Below the pieces are notes generated by a model that was not told the origin of the DNA, did not search any database, and worked only from the letters and a program-made list of their open reading frames with translations. Positions 52,068 through 62,891 of a stretch of 64,000 nt of DNA are shown here, one piece after another. This stretch comes from Acidobacteriota bacterium (GTDB lineage: Bacteria; Acidobacteriota; UBA6911; RPQK01; CBDAPI01), in assembly GCA_965248635.1 (NCBI GenBank), contig OZ252114.1, forward strand, positions 3,103,309 to 3,167,308, in the 5' to 3' direction. The translations under genes were made by a program, and so were the position numbers. Within the stretch, counting starts at the first letter, position 1. The number at the start of each line of letters is the position of its first letter.

Positions 52068-53459
52068 TTAACGTTGTGGAGTGCCAGGTTTGAGGGTTTC
52101 CCGGTGACTCTGGGCCAGAGCTGTCAGCTCTGCAGCGACCTCCGGGTTCGACGCAGCCGTGTTGTATTTCTCGCCCGGATCGTGCTCGACGTTGAACAGA
52201 ATGGGCGGGTTGTGTTCTTCTATCACCCAGGCTCCCCAGGTCGTGACCGAAGAGGGATCTGTGGTTTTGAAATGGAGTTTCCAGGGTCCCCTCCTCACAC
52301 CCCACAGCTCATCCCCGAAGTAGTAATACAGGAGCGGCTCTCGTCCCGGCTGGTTGTGCAACAGAACGGGTGTGAGATCCTGCCCGTCGATCTCGCGGTC
52401 TGAGGGGACCTTTCCTCCCCCCAGGAGAATGAAGGTCGTGAACAGGTCCATGGTCGTGCCGAAGGCAGTGGTGGTCACACCCGACCTGATCTTACCGGGC
52501 CAGCGAAAAATCGCAGGCACACGAAAGCCGCCTTCCCAGGTGCTGACTTTGCCCTCAAAGAAGGGACCAGCCGAGCCTCCGTTCAGCTTCTGGCTCAACC
52601 ACGGTCCGTTGTCCGAGGTGAAGACCACCAGCGTGTTTTCATCGATCCCCAGTTGGCCGAGAGTTTGCAGGATCTGGCCTGCAGACCAGTCAATCTCCTC
52701 GATCGTATCCCCATAAATCCCCCTGTGGCTGCGCCCTTCGAAATCCCTGCCGGCGTTCAATGGGACGTGGGGCATGGTGTGAGCCAGGTACAGGAAAAAA
52801 GGACGTTTTCCAGCATGCCGCCTTATGAAGGCCAGGGACTCCTCTGTGTACCGGCGGGTCAACAGACTCTGGTCAGGCTCGCTGTCCGGATTCGTGACCG
52901 TGAAGTTGCGGATGACCGGTGTCGGCGGCGCATCCTTGAACACCGGATTGCCCGGTTGCGTGCCGGGGCTCATGTCATTGGAATATGGGACTCCGTAGTA
53001 TTGATCGAAACCGTGGCTACCCGGGAGGTACTTCCCCTGCCATCCGAGATGCCATTTGCCAACGCAAGCCGTGGCATATCCCTCTTCTCCGAGAGCCTCG
53101 GCCAGGGTGATCTCGCCTGCTGGCAGGCCACCGCTCGAGCTGGGAATGAGCACCTTGGAAAGACCGCTGCGGATCGGATAGCGACCCGTCAGGAGAGCTG
53201 CGCGGCTGGGGGTGCAAACCGAAGATGCCACGTAGAACTGTGTAAACTTCATACCCTGCCGGGCCATGCGGTCAAGCTGAGGGGTCCGGATGGTGGGATG
53301 GCCGTAGCTACCCAGGTCGCCATATCCCATGTCATCGGCAAACATAATGATGAGGTTGGGCCCAACCTCACGTTGAACCTCAGCCGCCGCCCTGGTCTCA
53401 CCCGGGAAGGAAAAGAGCGTTCCAAGGGCCACCGATAAGCAACAGAGTGAACTAGCCAT
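52068..53459 (-). CDS. Cys-type sulfatase (arylsulfatase family), secreted
   Basis: CTPSR formylglycine motif (SSVCTPSRAALLTGRY) and a metal-binding DD…GHP region. Start refined to the signal peptide MASSLCCLSVALG. Confidence 0.85.
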   Translation of the reverse strand: MASSLCCLSVALGTLFSFPGETRAAAEVQREVGPNLIIMFADDMGYGDLGSYGHPTIRTPQLDRMARQGMKFTQFYVASSVCTPSRAALLTGRYPIRSGLSKVLIPSSSGGLPAGEITLAEALGEEGYATACVGKWHLGWQGKYLPGSHGFDQYYGVPYSNDMSPGTQPGNPVFKDAPPTPVIRNFTVTNPDSEPDQSLLTRRYTEESLAFIRRHAGKRPFFLYLAHTMPHVPLNAGRDFEGRSHRGIYGDTIEEIDWSAGQILQTLGQLGIDENTLVVFTSDNGPWLSQKLNGGSAGPFFEGKVSTWEGGFRVPAIFRWPGKIRSGVTTTAFGTTMDLFTTFILLGGGKVPSDREIDGQDLTPVLLHNQPGREPLLYYYFGDELWGVRRGPWKLHFKTTDPSSVTTWGAWVIEEHNPPILFNVEHDPGEKYNTAASNPEVAAELTALAQSHRETLKPGTPQR

Positions 53460-53470
53460 GAGGTGTTGGA

Positions 53471-54427
53471 TCACATGATGGAAGGCTGGTGAATTGGAAG
53501 GTCGACGCCACCCAGTAAATCCCGGCATTTCAGAACCTCCTGGCGTGCGCTGCTGAAAAACATCTCTGACCCAAGCATGTGATTGTCAAAGACGCGCAGC
53601 AGCAAAGCCGAGTCGATCTTGTAGAGGTCTTTCAGAAACACCAGGAGCTTGCCGTAGGAGGTAGCAAAGTCGATGTCCTTGAAGCTGGAAACCGGCTGCT
53701 CGACGCAGGTCATACGCTGAACCTGTCCGACGAATCCACTTTCCAGTGAAATCTCTAGAAAAGGAACTATCTCACAGGCCATGAGATAGGTTGCCCGTTC
53801 GTCGGGCACCCGCTCCATCGAGCGCACCGCAAGCTCGGCCCCGCTCCGATCGTAGAGCCGATAGCCGCTCTGTAAATCCAGCGGGTACCCGTTCCAATAG
53901 CGACGGTCCAGAACTCTGCCCTCGCCCGCCAGCAGGAATTCCGCGAGACTCTCGAATATGCCGTTTGTCAGGATCTCCCATTCCTTGCGAACCCATTCCA
54001 TCGGTCGCTCGAGGGAAGGACGGCGCCCGAAAACGGAGATCGGCCGGCCCGGAGCTGCCTTGCGCATTTCCTGGGCCAGGCGCACTATTCTGCCCAGGTC
54101 CTCGAGTACATGATCTCCATCGCAATCCCGTGTCACCAGGTAACGGACGGGTTCCTGGAGCAACCTTCGCAATCCCTCCCGGACGGCTCCCATCTTGCCC
54201 TGATTCCGCTCCAGACGAACCGTCCTAGAACCAGGCTGAAGGTCTCGGTTGAGTTCTTCGAGGATGCGCTCAGCCGTCGTGTCCCGGTCGACAACGAACA
54301 CAACCCGACGGGGCTCCAGAAAGAGATTCTGGTCGCTGAGAGTGGCCCGAAGGATCTGCCGGACCATCTCCTCCTCCACGGATGGATCAAAGTAGACGGG
54401 TACGACCATCCCGGTCAGATCGCGCAC
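53471..54427 (-). CDS. GT-A fold glycosyltransferase (family 2-like)
   Basis: VVPVYFD N-terminus, NQGKMGA and DCDGDH (DxD) motifs. Confidence 0.55.
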   Translation of the reverse strand: MRDLTGMVVPVYFDPSVEEEMVRQILRATLSDQNLFLEPRRVVFVVDRDTTAERILEELNRDLQPGSRTVRLERNQGKMGAVREGLRRLLQEPVRYLVTRDCDGDHVLEDLGRIVRLAQEMRKAAPGRPISVFGRRPSLERPMEWVRKEWEILTNGIFESLAEFLLAGEGRVLDRRYWNGYPLDLQSGYRLYDRSGAELAVRSMERVPDERATYLMACEIVPFLEISLESGFVGQVQRMTCVEQPVSSFKDIDFATSYGKLLVFLKDLYKIDSALLLRVFDNHMLGSEMFFSSARQEVLKCRDLLGGVDLPIHQPSIM

Positions 54428-54438
54428 CTGGGCAACGG

Positions 54439-55476
54439 TCAGGAGGACTTGCCCCCCTCCACTTTCTTCAATTGCGGGTGAATCAATCCCAGGGCAATCC
54501 TTATCTTTTCCTCAATCTCGGCGGCAATGTCAGGATTCTCGAGGAGAAACTGCTTGCAGTTCTCCCGTCCCTGACCCAGCCGCTCCCCACCGTAGGAAAA
54601 CCAGGAACCGCTCTTTTCGACTACCCGGTTGTTGACACCGAGGTCCAGGATTTCTCCGTTTTTCGAGATGCCCAGGCCGAACATGATGTCGAACTCCGCC
54701 TGGCGAAAGGGAGGCGCCATCTTGTTCTTGACGATTTTCGCCCTGGTCCGATTTCCAATCGTCCGTTCCCCCTCTTTGATGGCTCCGATCCGCCGAATGT
54801 CGACCCGCACCGAGGAATAAAACTTGAGCGCACGGCCACCTGTGGTCGTCTCCGGGCTTCCAAACATGACGCCGATCTTTTCCCGAATCTGGTTAATGAA
54901 GATCAGGCAGGTGTTCGACTTGGAAACAATCGCCGTCAGCTTACGCATTGCTTTGGACATCAGCCGCGCATGAAGCCCAACGAAGGAGTCTCCCATTTCG
55001 CCTTCCAACTCGGCGCTGGGAACCAGGGCTGCCACGGAATCGACCACCAGGATGTCAATGGCGCCACTTCGTACCAGCATTTCGCCGATCTCGAGTGCCT
55101 GTTCACCGGAATCGGGCTGGGAAACCAGGAGGGCGTCAATATCCACTCCCAGGTTACGGGAGTACTCCGCGTCCATTGCATGTTCGGCATCAATGAAGGC
55201 GGCCGTACCCCCTGTTTTTTGAGCCTCTGCAATGGCATGCAGAGCCAGCGTCGTCTTCCCGCTCGACTCGGGACCATAAATCTCAACCACTCGGCCTCGC
55301 GGATACCCCCCGATTCCCATGGCCGCATCCGTGCCAATCGAACCGGAAGAGATCACGGGCACTCTGAGAGTGGTTCGGTCACCCAGTTTCATGATCGAAC
55401 CCTTTCCGAACCGGCGCTCGATCTGACCCAGCGCCATGTCAATGGCCCGTCGCTTATCTTTATTCTCATCAGCCAT
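54439..55476 (-). CDS. recA: recombinase A
   Basis: Full-length RecA (GPESSGKTT Walker A). Start refined to [11 protein letters not shown]. Confidence 0.95.
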   Translation of the reverse strand: MADENKDKRRAIDMALGQIERRFGKGSIMKLGDRTTLRVPVISSGSIGTDAAMGIGGYPRGRVVEIYGPESSGKTTLALHAIAEAQKTGGTAAFIDAEHAMDAEYSRNLGVDIDALLVSQPDSGEQALEIGEMLVRSGAIDILVVDSVAALVPSAELEGEMGDSFVGLHARLMSKAMRKLTAIVSKSNTCLIFINQIREKIGVMFGSPETTTGGRALKFYSSVRVDIRRIGAIKEGERTIGNRTRAKIVKNKMAPPFRQAEFDIMFGLGISKNGEILDLGVNNRVVEKSGSWFSYGGERLGQGRENCKQFLLENPDIAAEIEEKIRIALGLIHPQLKKVEGGKSS

Positions 55477-55802
55477 ACGTTTTGTTCCTTTCCGACTTCC
55501 AGATCCGCTGATTGCTGCCAGGGACAGGGTGAATTCAGGGATGAAGTCTAGCACAAAATGCCGACAGTATTCACCTTTTATTCACTCTCCCTGTTCAGCT
55601 TGAATTTACGTCTCTACTTTCTATAAACGCCGCTACCCCTTGAAAGTGCGAATATAGGGCACGGTGTTAATTTGGGATGGATTCATTGGCGTCGCCAGTG
55701 AGGCGCGCGACGCAGGAATGCCGGGAGCCTTTCGAGGTAGCGCAACAAAGCTGTCGGCGAAAAGACGCCCGAAGTAGCGGCGTGAACTTTCCGGACAGTG
55801 CA

Positions 55803-56984
55803 CTAGACCATCTCGACAGCCATGGCCACACCGTTACCCCCTCCCAGACAGAGAGCGGCAACTCCGCGTGTAGCCTTTCGGTTCTTCAGGGCATGCAGAA
55901 GGGTGACTAGAATTCTGGCACCACTCGCTCCGATGGGATGGCCCAGAGCTACAGCACCTCCGTGTACATTGAGTCTCCGGTGATCGAGTGGGATCTCTTT
56001 GCACAGAGCCACCGCCTGAACGGAGAACGCTTCGTTCACCTCGTAGAGATCCACCTGATCGTCGCTCCAACCGGCCCGCCGTAGAACCTTTTCGATGGCT
56101 CTCTGAGGTGCCATCATGACCATTTCCGGATCGACTCCCGAGGTGGCAGTCGCCACCACTCGGGCCAGTGGAATGGCGCCGGCCTTCTGCATCGCCTCCT
56201 CGGACATCACAACCAGCGCCGCCGCGCCATCGCTGATCTGCGAGGAATTCCCGGCGGTGACCGTTCCCTCCTTCTGGAACACCGGCCTGAGCCGGGCCAG
56301 TGACTCCAGGCAGGTGTCGGTCCGTGGTCCTTCATCCTGGTCGAAATGAATCGGATCTCCCTTCTTTCGCGGGATTTTGAGAAGAAGGATCTCTTCCTGG
56401 AACAGTCCCCGGCTGGCGGCGGCAGCAGCTCGCCTGTGAGATTCAGCGGCGTAGGCGTCCTGCTCGGCCCGCCCAACCGAGTAACGGTCAGCGACCACCT
56501 CACCTGTGTTCCCCATGTGGTAGTCGTGATAGGCCTCCCACAGACCGTCATGGATCATCGAGTCGACAGCTCTGGCAGTGCCCATTCGATATCCCTCTCG
56601 AGAACCCAGGAGAAGGTGAGGGGCATTCGTCATACTCTCCATGCCGCCCGCAACAGCCACCTCGATGTCACTGACCTGGATACCCTGGGCGGCCAGAGTA
56701 ACGGACTTCAGGCCCGAGCCGCACACTTTGTTGATGGTCAGCGCCGCCACCGAGGTCGGAAGCCCGGCTCCCAGAGCCGCCTGTCGAGCCGGGTTCTGCC
56801 CCAGTCCGGCGGACAGAACATTTCCCAGGATAACCTCATCCACCTGTTCGCCGGAAAGACCGGCGCGACTCACCGCCTCGGCCACAATTCTCTGCCCCAG
56901 ATCAACCGCAGAAAAGCCTTTCAGGCTACCCAGAAAGCGTCCGATCGCGGTTCGACATGCGGAAACAATAAATGCCTGTTTCAT
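55803..56984 (-). CDS. acetyl-CoA C-acetyltransferase (thiolase II)
   Basis: Thiolase signatures (…VCGSGLKSV…, C-terminal …[11 protein letters not shown]). Confidence 0.9.
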   Translation of the reverse strand: MKQAFIVSACRTAIGRFLGSLKGFSAVDLGQRIVAEAVSRAGLSGEQVDEVILGNVLSAGLGQNPARQAALGAGLPTSVAALTINKVCGSGLKSVTLAAQGIQVSDIEVAVAGGMESMTNAPHLLLGSREGYRMGTARAVDSMIHDGLWEAYHDYHMGNTGEVVADRYSVGRAEQDAYAAESHRRAAAAASRGLFQEEILLLKIPRKKGDPIHFDQDEGPRTDTCLESLARLRPVFQKEGTVTAGNSSQISDGAAALVVMSEEAMQKAGAIPLARVVATATSGVDPEMVMMAPQRAIEKVLRRAGWSDDQVDLYEVNEAFSVQAVALCKEIPLDHRRLNVHGGAVALGHPIGASGARILVTLLHALKNRKATRGVAALCLGGGNGVAMAVEMV

Positions 56985-56992
56985 GACCTCAT

Positions 56993-57150
56993 CATTTCAC
57001 GTTCCAAGTTCCATGTTCCACGTTTCACCTTGGAAGTACCGGTTGCTGGGAAGAAAGAACCTGGTTGATCAGCTTCCGGATTCGTCTGCATGGGAAGTGG
57101 AGTTGACAAGACGTGGAACTTGGAACGCGTAGCCGCCGCAGGGCGGCTAC
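56993..57150. repeat. inverted GTTCCA-type repeat pair plus a perfect 9-bp-stem hairpin (gtagccgcc-gcag-ggcggctac) at the rel 3' end
   Basis: cacgttccaagttccatgttccacgtttcac … gacgtggaacttggaacgcgta form the repeat pair. The GC hairpin overlaps the rel stop codon. Confidence 0.75.
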
Positions 57151-59315
57151 GCCCCCACTTCCCTGGCCCGGTTGCCCGATCGATCCACATCGCGTACACC
57201 CTCTATGCCCTTGATCACATTGACGACCCGGTCCAGGTGCGCGGTGTCGGTGACCTCAACCGTCAAATCAAAGAGCCCGAATCGCCCCTCCACGGTATCG
57301 GCTGTTGCGTTGACGATGTTGGTTTTGATGTTGGAGATGGCGTTCGAGATATCGGCCAGCATCCCTCTCCGGTCTTCCGTGTAGATTCTCAGGGGAACGG
57401 CGTAGCGGTCTTCTTCGGTATCGGAAGCCCACTCCAGCTCGATCGTTCTTTCCGGATTCAGGAGAAGGTTTTCCACGTTGCGGCAGGTTGGGGAGTGAAC
57501 CGAGATTCCCCGCCCCACGGTAATGTAGCCAATAATCTCTTCACCCCGGATCGGGTTGCAGCACTTGGCTCGCGACACCATCAGATCTGACTCCCCCTGC
57601 ACCAGGATTCCGTCATCCTGGCGGCCCAGCACTCTTCGAACCACCTTCCCCAGTCTCGATTCTTCGCTTTCCGGTCCCCTGGTCGTTCGCTCCGGGGCCA
57701 GCTTCTTGATGACCACGCCTGCAGGCAGCTTCCCGAACCCGAGGGCGGCATACAGGTCCTCCGTCTCTTTAAAGTTCCAGGTTGGAAGCAACTCCTTCAG
57801 TTTCTTGCGATATCGCTTGGGACTGATCTCATACTTCCGGGCTTCTTTCTCATAGAGTTTTCTCCCCAGAACTTCCGCGTGCTCCCTCTGCCTCTGGGTG
57901 AGCCAGCGCCGAATCGCGTTACGGGCCTTCGAGGTCTTGACAAACTCCAGCCAACCCCTTCTGGGGCGGCTCTGATTCGAGGTCAGGATCTCGACCCGGT
58001 CGCCGCTCTTCAGACGTGACTTGAGGGGCAGGAGTCTACCGTTGATCTTGGCACCCAGGCAGCGGTGACCGATCTCCGTGTGAATCGAGTAGGCAAAATC
58101 CACCGGCGTTGAACCCTTTGACAGGGTGATCACTTCTCCCTTGGGAGTGAAGATGTACACCTCTTTTGGGTACAGATCGATTTTGAGGTTGCTCAGAAAC
58201 TGATGGGGATCTTTGACTTCCTTCTGCCACTCGAGCACCCGCCTCAACCAGCCGAACTGTGTCTCGTCCGCCTGAACCTGGAGCCCTTCTTTGTACTTCC
58301 AGTGAGAGGCGATCCCCTCCTCTGCGACCCGGTGCATCTGGCGCGTACGGATCTGGACTTCGAAAGGCTGGCCACTCTGGCTCAACACGGTCGTATGCAG
58401 GGACTGGTACATATTGGGACGGGGAATGGCAATGTAATCCTTGATCCTGTCCGGAACCGGATTCCACATGTTATTGATGACCCCGAGTGCGGTGTAGCAG
58501 TCCTTGATCGACGGCAGAATCAATCGGAAGGCGTAGAAGTCGTACACCTGATCCAGTTCGATTCGCTGTCGCTTCATCTTTGCAGAGATGCTGTAGGGAC
58601 GCTTGATCCGGCTCTGGACCATCGCTTCCATTTCCTGACCCTGGAAGGTCGATTCAATGCGCTTGATCACTCCGCGGATGAAGCCGTCGCTGTGGGCCAG
58701 CTTCTTGCTCACCTGATCCTCGAGCCGCTTGAAGGATGCCGGATCCAGGTAGCTAAAGGCGAGATCCTCCAGCTCACCGCGAATCCTGGCGATTCCCAAC
58801 CGATGAGCGATGGGCGCGTAAATCTCGATGGTCTCGCGGGCAATCGATTTCTGCTTTTCCCCGGACATGGGACGCAGAGTCCGCATATTGTGCAGTCGGT
58901 CCGCGAGCTTCACGAGGATGACGCGGATGTCGTCCACCATCGCCAGGAGAAGCTTGCGAAAGTTCTCCACCTGCTTCTCCTTCTTCGAGGAGAACTGGAT
59001 CTGACTCAGCTTGGTCACGCCATCGACCAGGCTGGCGATGTCCTCTCCAAAGAGTTCCCGAATCCGCTCCACAGTGGTCAGGGTGTCTTCGACTACATCG
59101 TGAAGCAGGCCCACGGAGACGCACACAACATCCAGTTGCATATCGGCCAGGATGGCGGCAACCTCAACTGGATGAGAGAAATAGGGCTCCCCGGATTTCC
59201 GAACCTGGTCCTGGTGGGCTTTTTCTGAAAAGCGGTACGCGTCCCGCAGGGGATCCAGGTCGGCCCTCGGCGCGTAGGCTCCCACTTTAGCGCAAAGTTC
59301 TTCAAGACTCAGCAT
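57147..59315 (-). CDS. rel: bifunctional (p)ppGpp synthetase/hydrolase
   Basis: HD hydrolase domain, RelA/SpoT synthetase domain, and TGS and ACT domains. Size 722 aa. Confidence 0.9.
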   Translation of the reverse strand: MLSLEELCAKVGAYAPRADLDPLRDAYRFSEKAHQDQVRKSGEPYFSHPVEVAAILADMQLDVVCVSVGLLHDVVEDTLTTVERIRELFGEDIASLVDGVTKLSQIQFSSKKEKQVENFRKLLLAMVDDIRVILVKLADRLHNMRTLRPMSGEKQKSIARETIEIYAPIAHRLGIARIRGELEDLAFSYLDPASFKRLEDQVSKKLAHSDGFIRGVIKRIESTFQGQEMEAMVQSRIKRPYSISAKMKRQRIELDQVYDFYAFRLILPSIKDCYTALGVINNMWNPVPDRIKDYIAIPRPNMYQSLHTTVLSQSGQPFEVQIRTRQMHRVAEEGIASHWKYKEGLQVQADETQFGWLRRVLEWQKEVKDPHQFLSNLKIDLYPKEVYIFTPKGEVITLSKGSTPVDFAYSIHTEIGHRCLGAKINGRLLPLKSRLKSGDRVEILTSNQSRPRRGWLEFVKTSKARNAIRRWLTQRQREHAEVLGRKLYEKEARKYEISPKRYRKKLKELLPTWNFKETEDLYAALGFGKLPAGVVIKKLAPERTTRGPESEESRLGKVVRRVLGRQDDGILVQGESDLMVSRAKCCNPIRGEEIIGYITVGRGISVHSPTCRNVENLLLNPERTIELEWASDTEEDRYAVPLRIYTEDRRGMLADISNAISNIKTNIVNATADTVEGRFGLFDLTVEVTDTAHLDRVVNVIKGIEGVRDVDRSGNRAREVGA

Positions 59316-59541
59316 TCAAGGACCCGTGTCAAGTGTAGCATCTCGGTGCCGCTTGCCAGCAGTTTCTTCAGTGCTGGGGCTCGCCGAAAGGCTGGATTTC
59401 TGAGATCCTGTCAGGCACAAAAAAAGGCGGCCCGGAAGGCCGCCCCAAAATCACACTCTGCTGGCAGTCCGTGGGTGAAAGCCGCGCGCGGTCGCGCGCC
59501 AGGGATCTGTGTTCGCTGGCAAGCCACGGGCTGCTAGGCTG

Positions 59542-60342
59542 CTACTGTCCCTGAGTACCCCCGAAGCTGTGACGAGCACGCTCCGCTTCTTCTTCCTGGC
59601 GCTTTCGCAACTCGAGAGCCTGCAGAGCGAGTTTGTCGGCTTCGATTTGCCACTTGCGCTTCTCTTCCTCATCCGCGGCGAGATAAGCCCGCTCCCGGTA
59701 CATCAAGTTCAGATACTGGAGGGCATCGGTGTACTCATCATCGACCTCCAGGGCTTGCTTCAGAGCCTCGACTCCTTCATCTACGAGCTGGGCGACTCGG
59801 ATCTTGTCTTCTTCCTCGAGAAAGCTGACTGCGTCTCCGTTGATGCCCGTCTCGTCATGAGCAAGCTTCCAATTGATGGTTCCGATTCCGTAAAAGGGCT
59901 CGGGGTTGTCGGGATCGACTTCCACTCGCTTTCGGTACCAGTCCTTGGCTTGCTCAGGTTCGTCGTTACCACCGTAGATACCGGCGATGTTGGCCATGGC
60001 GTTGATGTTGACCGGATCCTTCTGAAGGACCTCTTTGAACGTTTCGATGGCCCTTTCAGCGAAAGCGGCGTTCGCTTCGGTATAGACACCGGGTAACCAC
60101 TGGGAACGGTACGTGGTGGCCAGGTAGAGCTGCGCGTTCAGTAGCTCAGGATCGTACTCGATCGCCAGCCTGAAGTGCTCGATCGCCACCTCATAGTGCT
60201 CACTCCGGTAGGCCTTAACACCTTTGTTCAACTGATCCCTGGCTCTCAGCTGATTGAACATTCCACAGCCAGTCATCGACAGCGCCAGGCTGATCAGTAA
60301 AGCGGGCAAAAACCGGGACAATGGGCTCTTCTTCATCTTCAC
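59542..60342 (-). CDS. tetratricopeptide-repeat lipoprotein
   Basis: Lipobox LSMTGC. Several TPR-like helices. It is the last gene of the tonB-exbBD cluster. Confidence 0.65.
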   Translation of the reverse strand: MKMKKSPLSRFLPALLISLALSMTGCGMFNQLRARDQLNKGVKAYRSEHYEVAIEHFRLAIEYDPELLNAQLYLATTYRSQWLPGVYTEANAAFAERAIETFKEVLQKDPVNINAMANIAGIYGGNDEPEQAKDWYRKRVEVDPDNPEPFYGIGTINWKLAHDETGINGDAVSFLEEEDKIRVAQLVDEGVEALKQALEVDDEYTDALQYLNLMYRERAYLAADEEEKRKWQIEADKLALQALELRKRQEEEAERARHSFGGTQGQ

Positions 60343-60352
60343 AATCTCTGGG

Positions 60353-60769
60353 TCAGGGTCTTGCTGTCATGAGTCCAATGTCGCCGACGCCCGCTCCTTT
60401 GGCTAAATCGATCACCCGGATCACGTCTCCAAACGGGAGCTCATCATCAGCTTGCACGAACAGGTTCTTATTGGCGCGGGCGCTGTAGATATCGAAGAGG
60501 CGTGTCCCCAGCTGGCTCAATGGGACCGGGTCCTGGTTGATGGATATCTCACCCTCAAGAGTGACTGCCACCACGATGGCGTCCGACTTGATCACCACGT
60601 TCTCAGGGAGATCCTCGGGGGGCTTGTCGGGAACTCGGGCTCTCAAGTCGTACTGAGTCGTCGGCTGAATCACCATAAAGATGATGAGAAGCACCAGAAG
60701 GATGTCAATGTACGGAGTGATATTGATGTCCGATTTGGGGCCACTAATGTTGCCCGATGACATGGCCAT
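60353..60769 (-). CDS. exbD: ExbD/TolR-family biopolymer transport protein
   Basis: Single N-terminal TM helix plus the ExbD periplasmic domain. Confidence 0.8.
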   Translation of the reverse strand: MAMSSGNISGPKSDINITPYIDILLVLLIIFMVIQPTTQYDLRARVPDKPPEDLPENVVIKSDAIVVAVTLEGEISINQDPVPLSQLGTRLFDIYSARANKNLFVQADDELPFGDVIRVIDLAKGAGVGDIGLMTARP

Positions 60770-60775
60770 GTCTAG

Positions 60776-61196
<421 letters not shown>

Positions 61197-61210
<14 letters not shown>

Positions 61211-61874
61211 CTTTGACAGCCCTCCTCTTCAGGAAATAGTCGATCAACTCGGAGGATGAGTTGTCCATCTCCACGACGAAAGATTCGATCTTGGAGGTGA
61301 AATAGTTGTACATCCATACGGCCGGAACCGCCACGAAAAGACCAAACGCGGTGGCCACAAGGGCCTCCGAGATCCCGCCAGCGACCGCTGCCAGGCCCAT
61401 GCCTTCCGCCTTACTCATTCCCGTAAACGCGTTGATGATCCCTACGGTAGTGCCGAACAAGCCTACGAAGGGAGCCGTTGAACCAACCGTTGCCAGCCCC
61501 CCCAGTCCCCGTTTGAATTCTTCAACACCGAGCGCGGTGGCTCGCTGCAAAGCCCGCTTGGAGGCGTCGATCGTCTGGCCGGAGATCGAGGTGCCACCCT
61601 CGTGGGCCTGGAATTCTTGTAATCCGGCATGCACCACCTTGGCCAGATGGCTCTTGTTGTACTGCTCAGCAATCTCCAGAGCTTCCCGCAAGTTCCCTCT
61701 CCCGAGCGCCTCGGCTACTGCGGGAGCGAACTCTCGCGACTGATTCCGAGCTGCCCGGTAGGTGAAGAATCGCTCGACCATCACTCCGATGGACCAGACG
61801 GACATGACGCCCAGTAAGACCACAACGGACTGGGCAAGGTAGCCCATTTGACCCCACATCTCCACTAAATCCAT
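61197..61874 (-). CDS. exbB: MotA/TolQ/ExbB proton-channel protein
   Basis: Three TM helices and a conserved C-terminal channel region. Confidence 0.85.
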
Positions 61875-61958
61875 GTCTTAAACCTCCGTTACAGCCTCAT
61901 GAAGTTTTGATCAGTTGTTATCGTGGTTTGTAAAAAGCGAGTACTGAATTCGAATACT

Positions 61959-62714
61959 TTACCTGAGGACGAAATTCACAGTCACCGTAGCGATAACCGG
62001 CACTGGTTCACCGTTTAGCAGTGTCGGTGAGTACCTCCACTGGCTCACTGCGTCAATTGCAGACTGATTCAAGAGCGGGTGTCCACGGATGAGCTTGACC
62101 TCTTCCACCATCCCCTGCTCATTCACGGTCACCTGAAGCAGGACGATACCTGCCACACGGGCCCTCTTGGCCAGCTCTGGGTAGGTCGGGTCGATCTTCT
62201 GAATCAGCTTGGAGTTCTGCACGTTCCCACCCACTCGGATGGCCACCTTGGGCTTAGGTGGCGGCGGCGGCGGCGGAGCACCCGTAACTCCCCCGAGTAC
62301 ACCCCCGGCTACCCCTCCAGGAACACCTCCCACAACTCCACCAGGAATTCCTCCGGGCACTCCTTGCCCGGAAATGTTCACACTGGACATGACCGGTATA
62401 TCGTCTACGGGCGGTGGAATTTCCTTGGGGATCTCGGTCGGAGCCGTGAACTGGTTTGGATCCAACCTGACCACCTGGACCTTCTGCACGGGACGCGGCG
62501 CGGCAGGTGGTGGTGGGGGCGGGGGCGGCGGGGGAGGTGGCGGCGGTGCCGCCAGGAAAGTCAGCAGCTCATTTTCGGGAAGAGCGTCATAGTAAATCAG
62601 CGGGATGAGAACAATGACCGCCAGTACTATGGAATGTACCACCAGCGAGACGAAGAAAGTCCCCGACTTTCTTCTTTCGCTGCCATAAGAAGATTCGATC
62701 AGTTCCTCAAACAT
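61959..62714 (-). CDS. tonB: TonB-family energy transducer
   Basis: N-terminal TM anchor, long poly-Pro linker, and C-terminal TonB_C domain (…VTVNEQGMVEEVKLIRGHPLLNQSAIDAVSQWRYSP…). Confidence 0.85.
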   Translation of the reverse strand: MFEELIESSYGSERRKSGTFFVSLVVHSIVLAVIVLIPLIYYDALPENELLTFLAAPPPPPPPPPPPPPPAAPRPVQKVQVVRLDPNQFTAPTEIPKEIPPPVDDIPVMSSVNISGQGVPGGIPGGVVGGVPGGVAGGVLGGVTGAPPPPPPPKPKVAIRVGGNVQNSKLIQKIDPTYPELAKRARVAGIVLLQVTVNEQGMVEEVKLIRGHPLLNQSAIDAVSQWRYSPTLLNGEPVPVIATVTVNFVLR

Positions 62715-62891
62715 CCGGCTGCCTTTCCTTCTTGATCGACCCCTCGCGGACGTGAAGTTCCCGTGAAGTGAACTTCTCTCCGCACAGGGCGGTGATGTTA
62801 CTACCCGTCTCCTGGCGAGTCAAGCTTCCATTTGGGACACACCTCACTGCTCAAAACTGCATCAAAAAATGATTTTCACATCCCTTAGTAC

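Noticed and set aside
57129-57150. GC hairpin after rel called as an intrinsic terminator.
   Set aside because: There is no downstream U-tract on the transcribed strand, and the hairpin overlaps the stop codon. It is kept as part of the repeat element instead.
62230-62560. GGCGGCGGC/CCGCCGCCG simple-sequence tracts flagged as a repeat element.
   Set aside because: They encode the poly-Pro linker of TonB, an expected feature of that protein.
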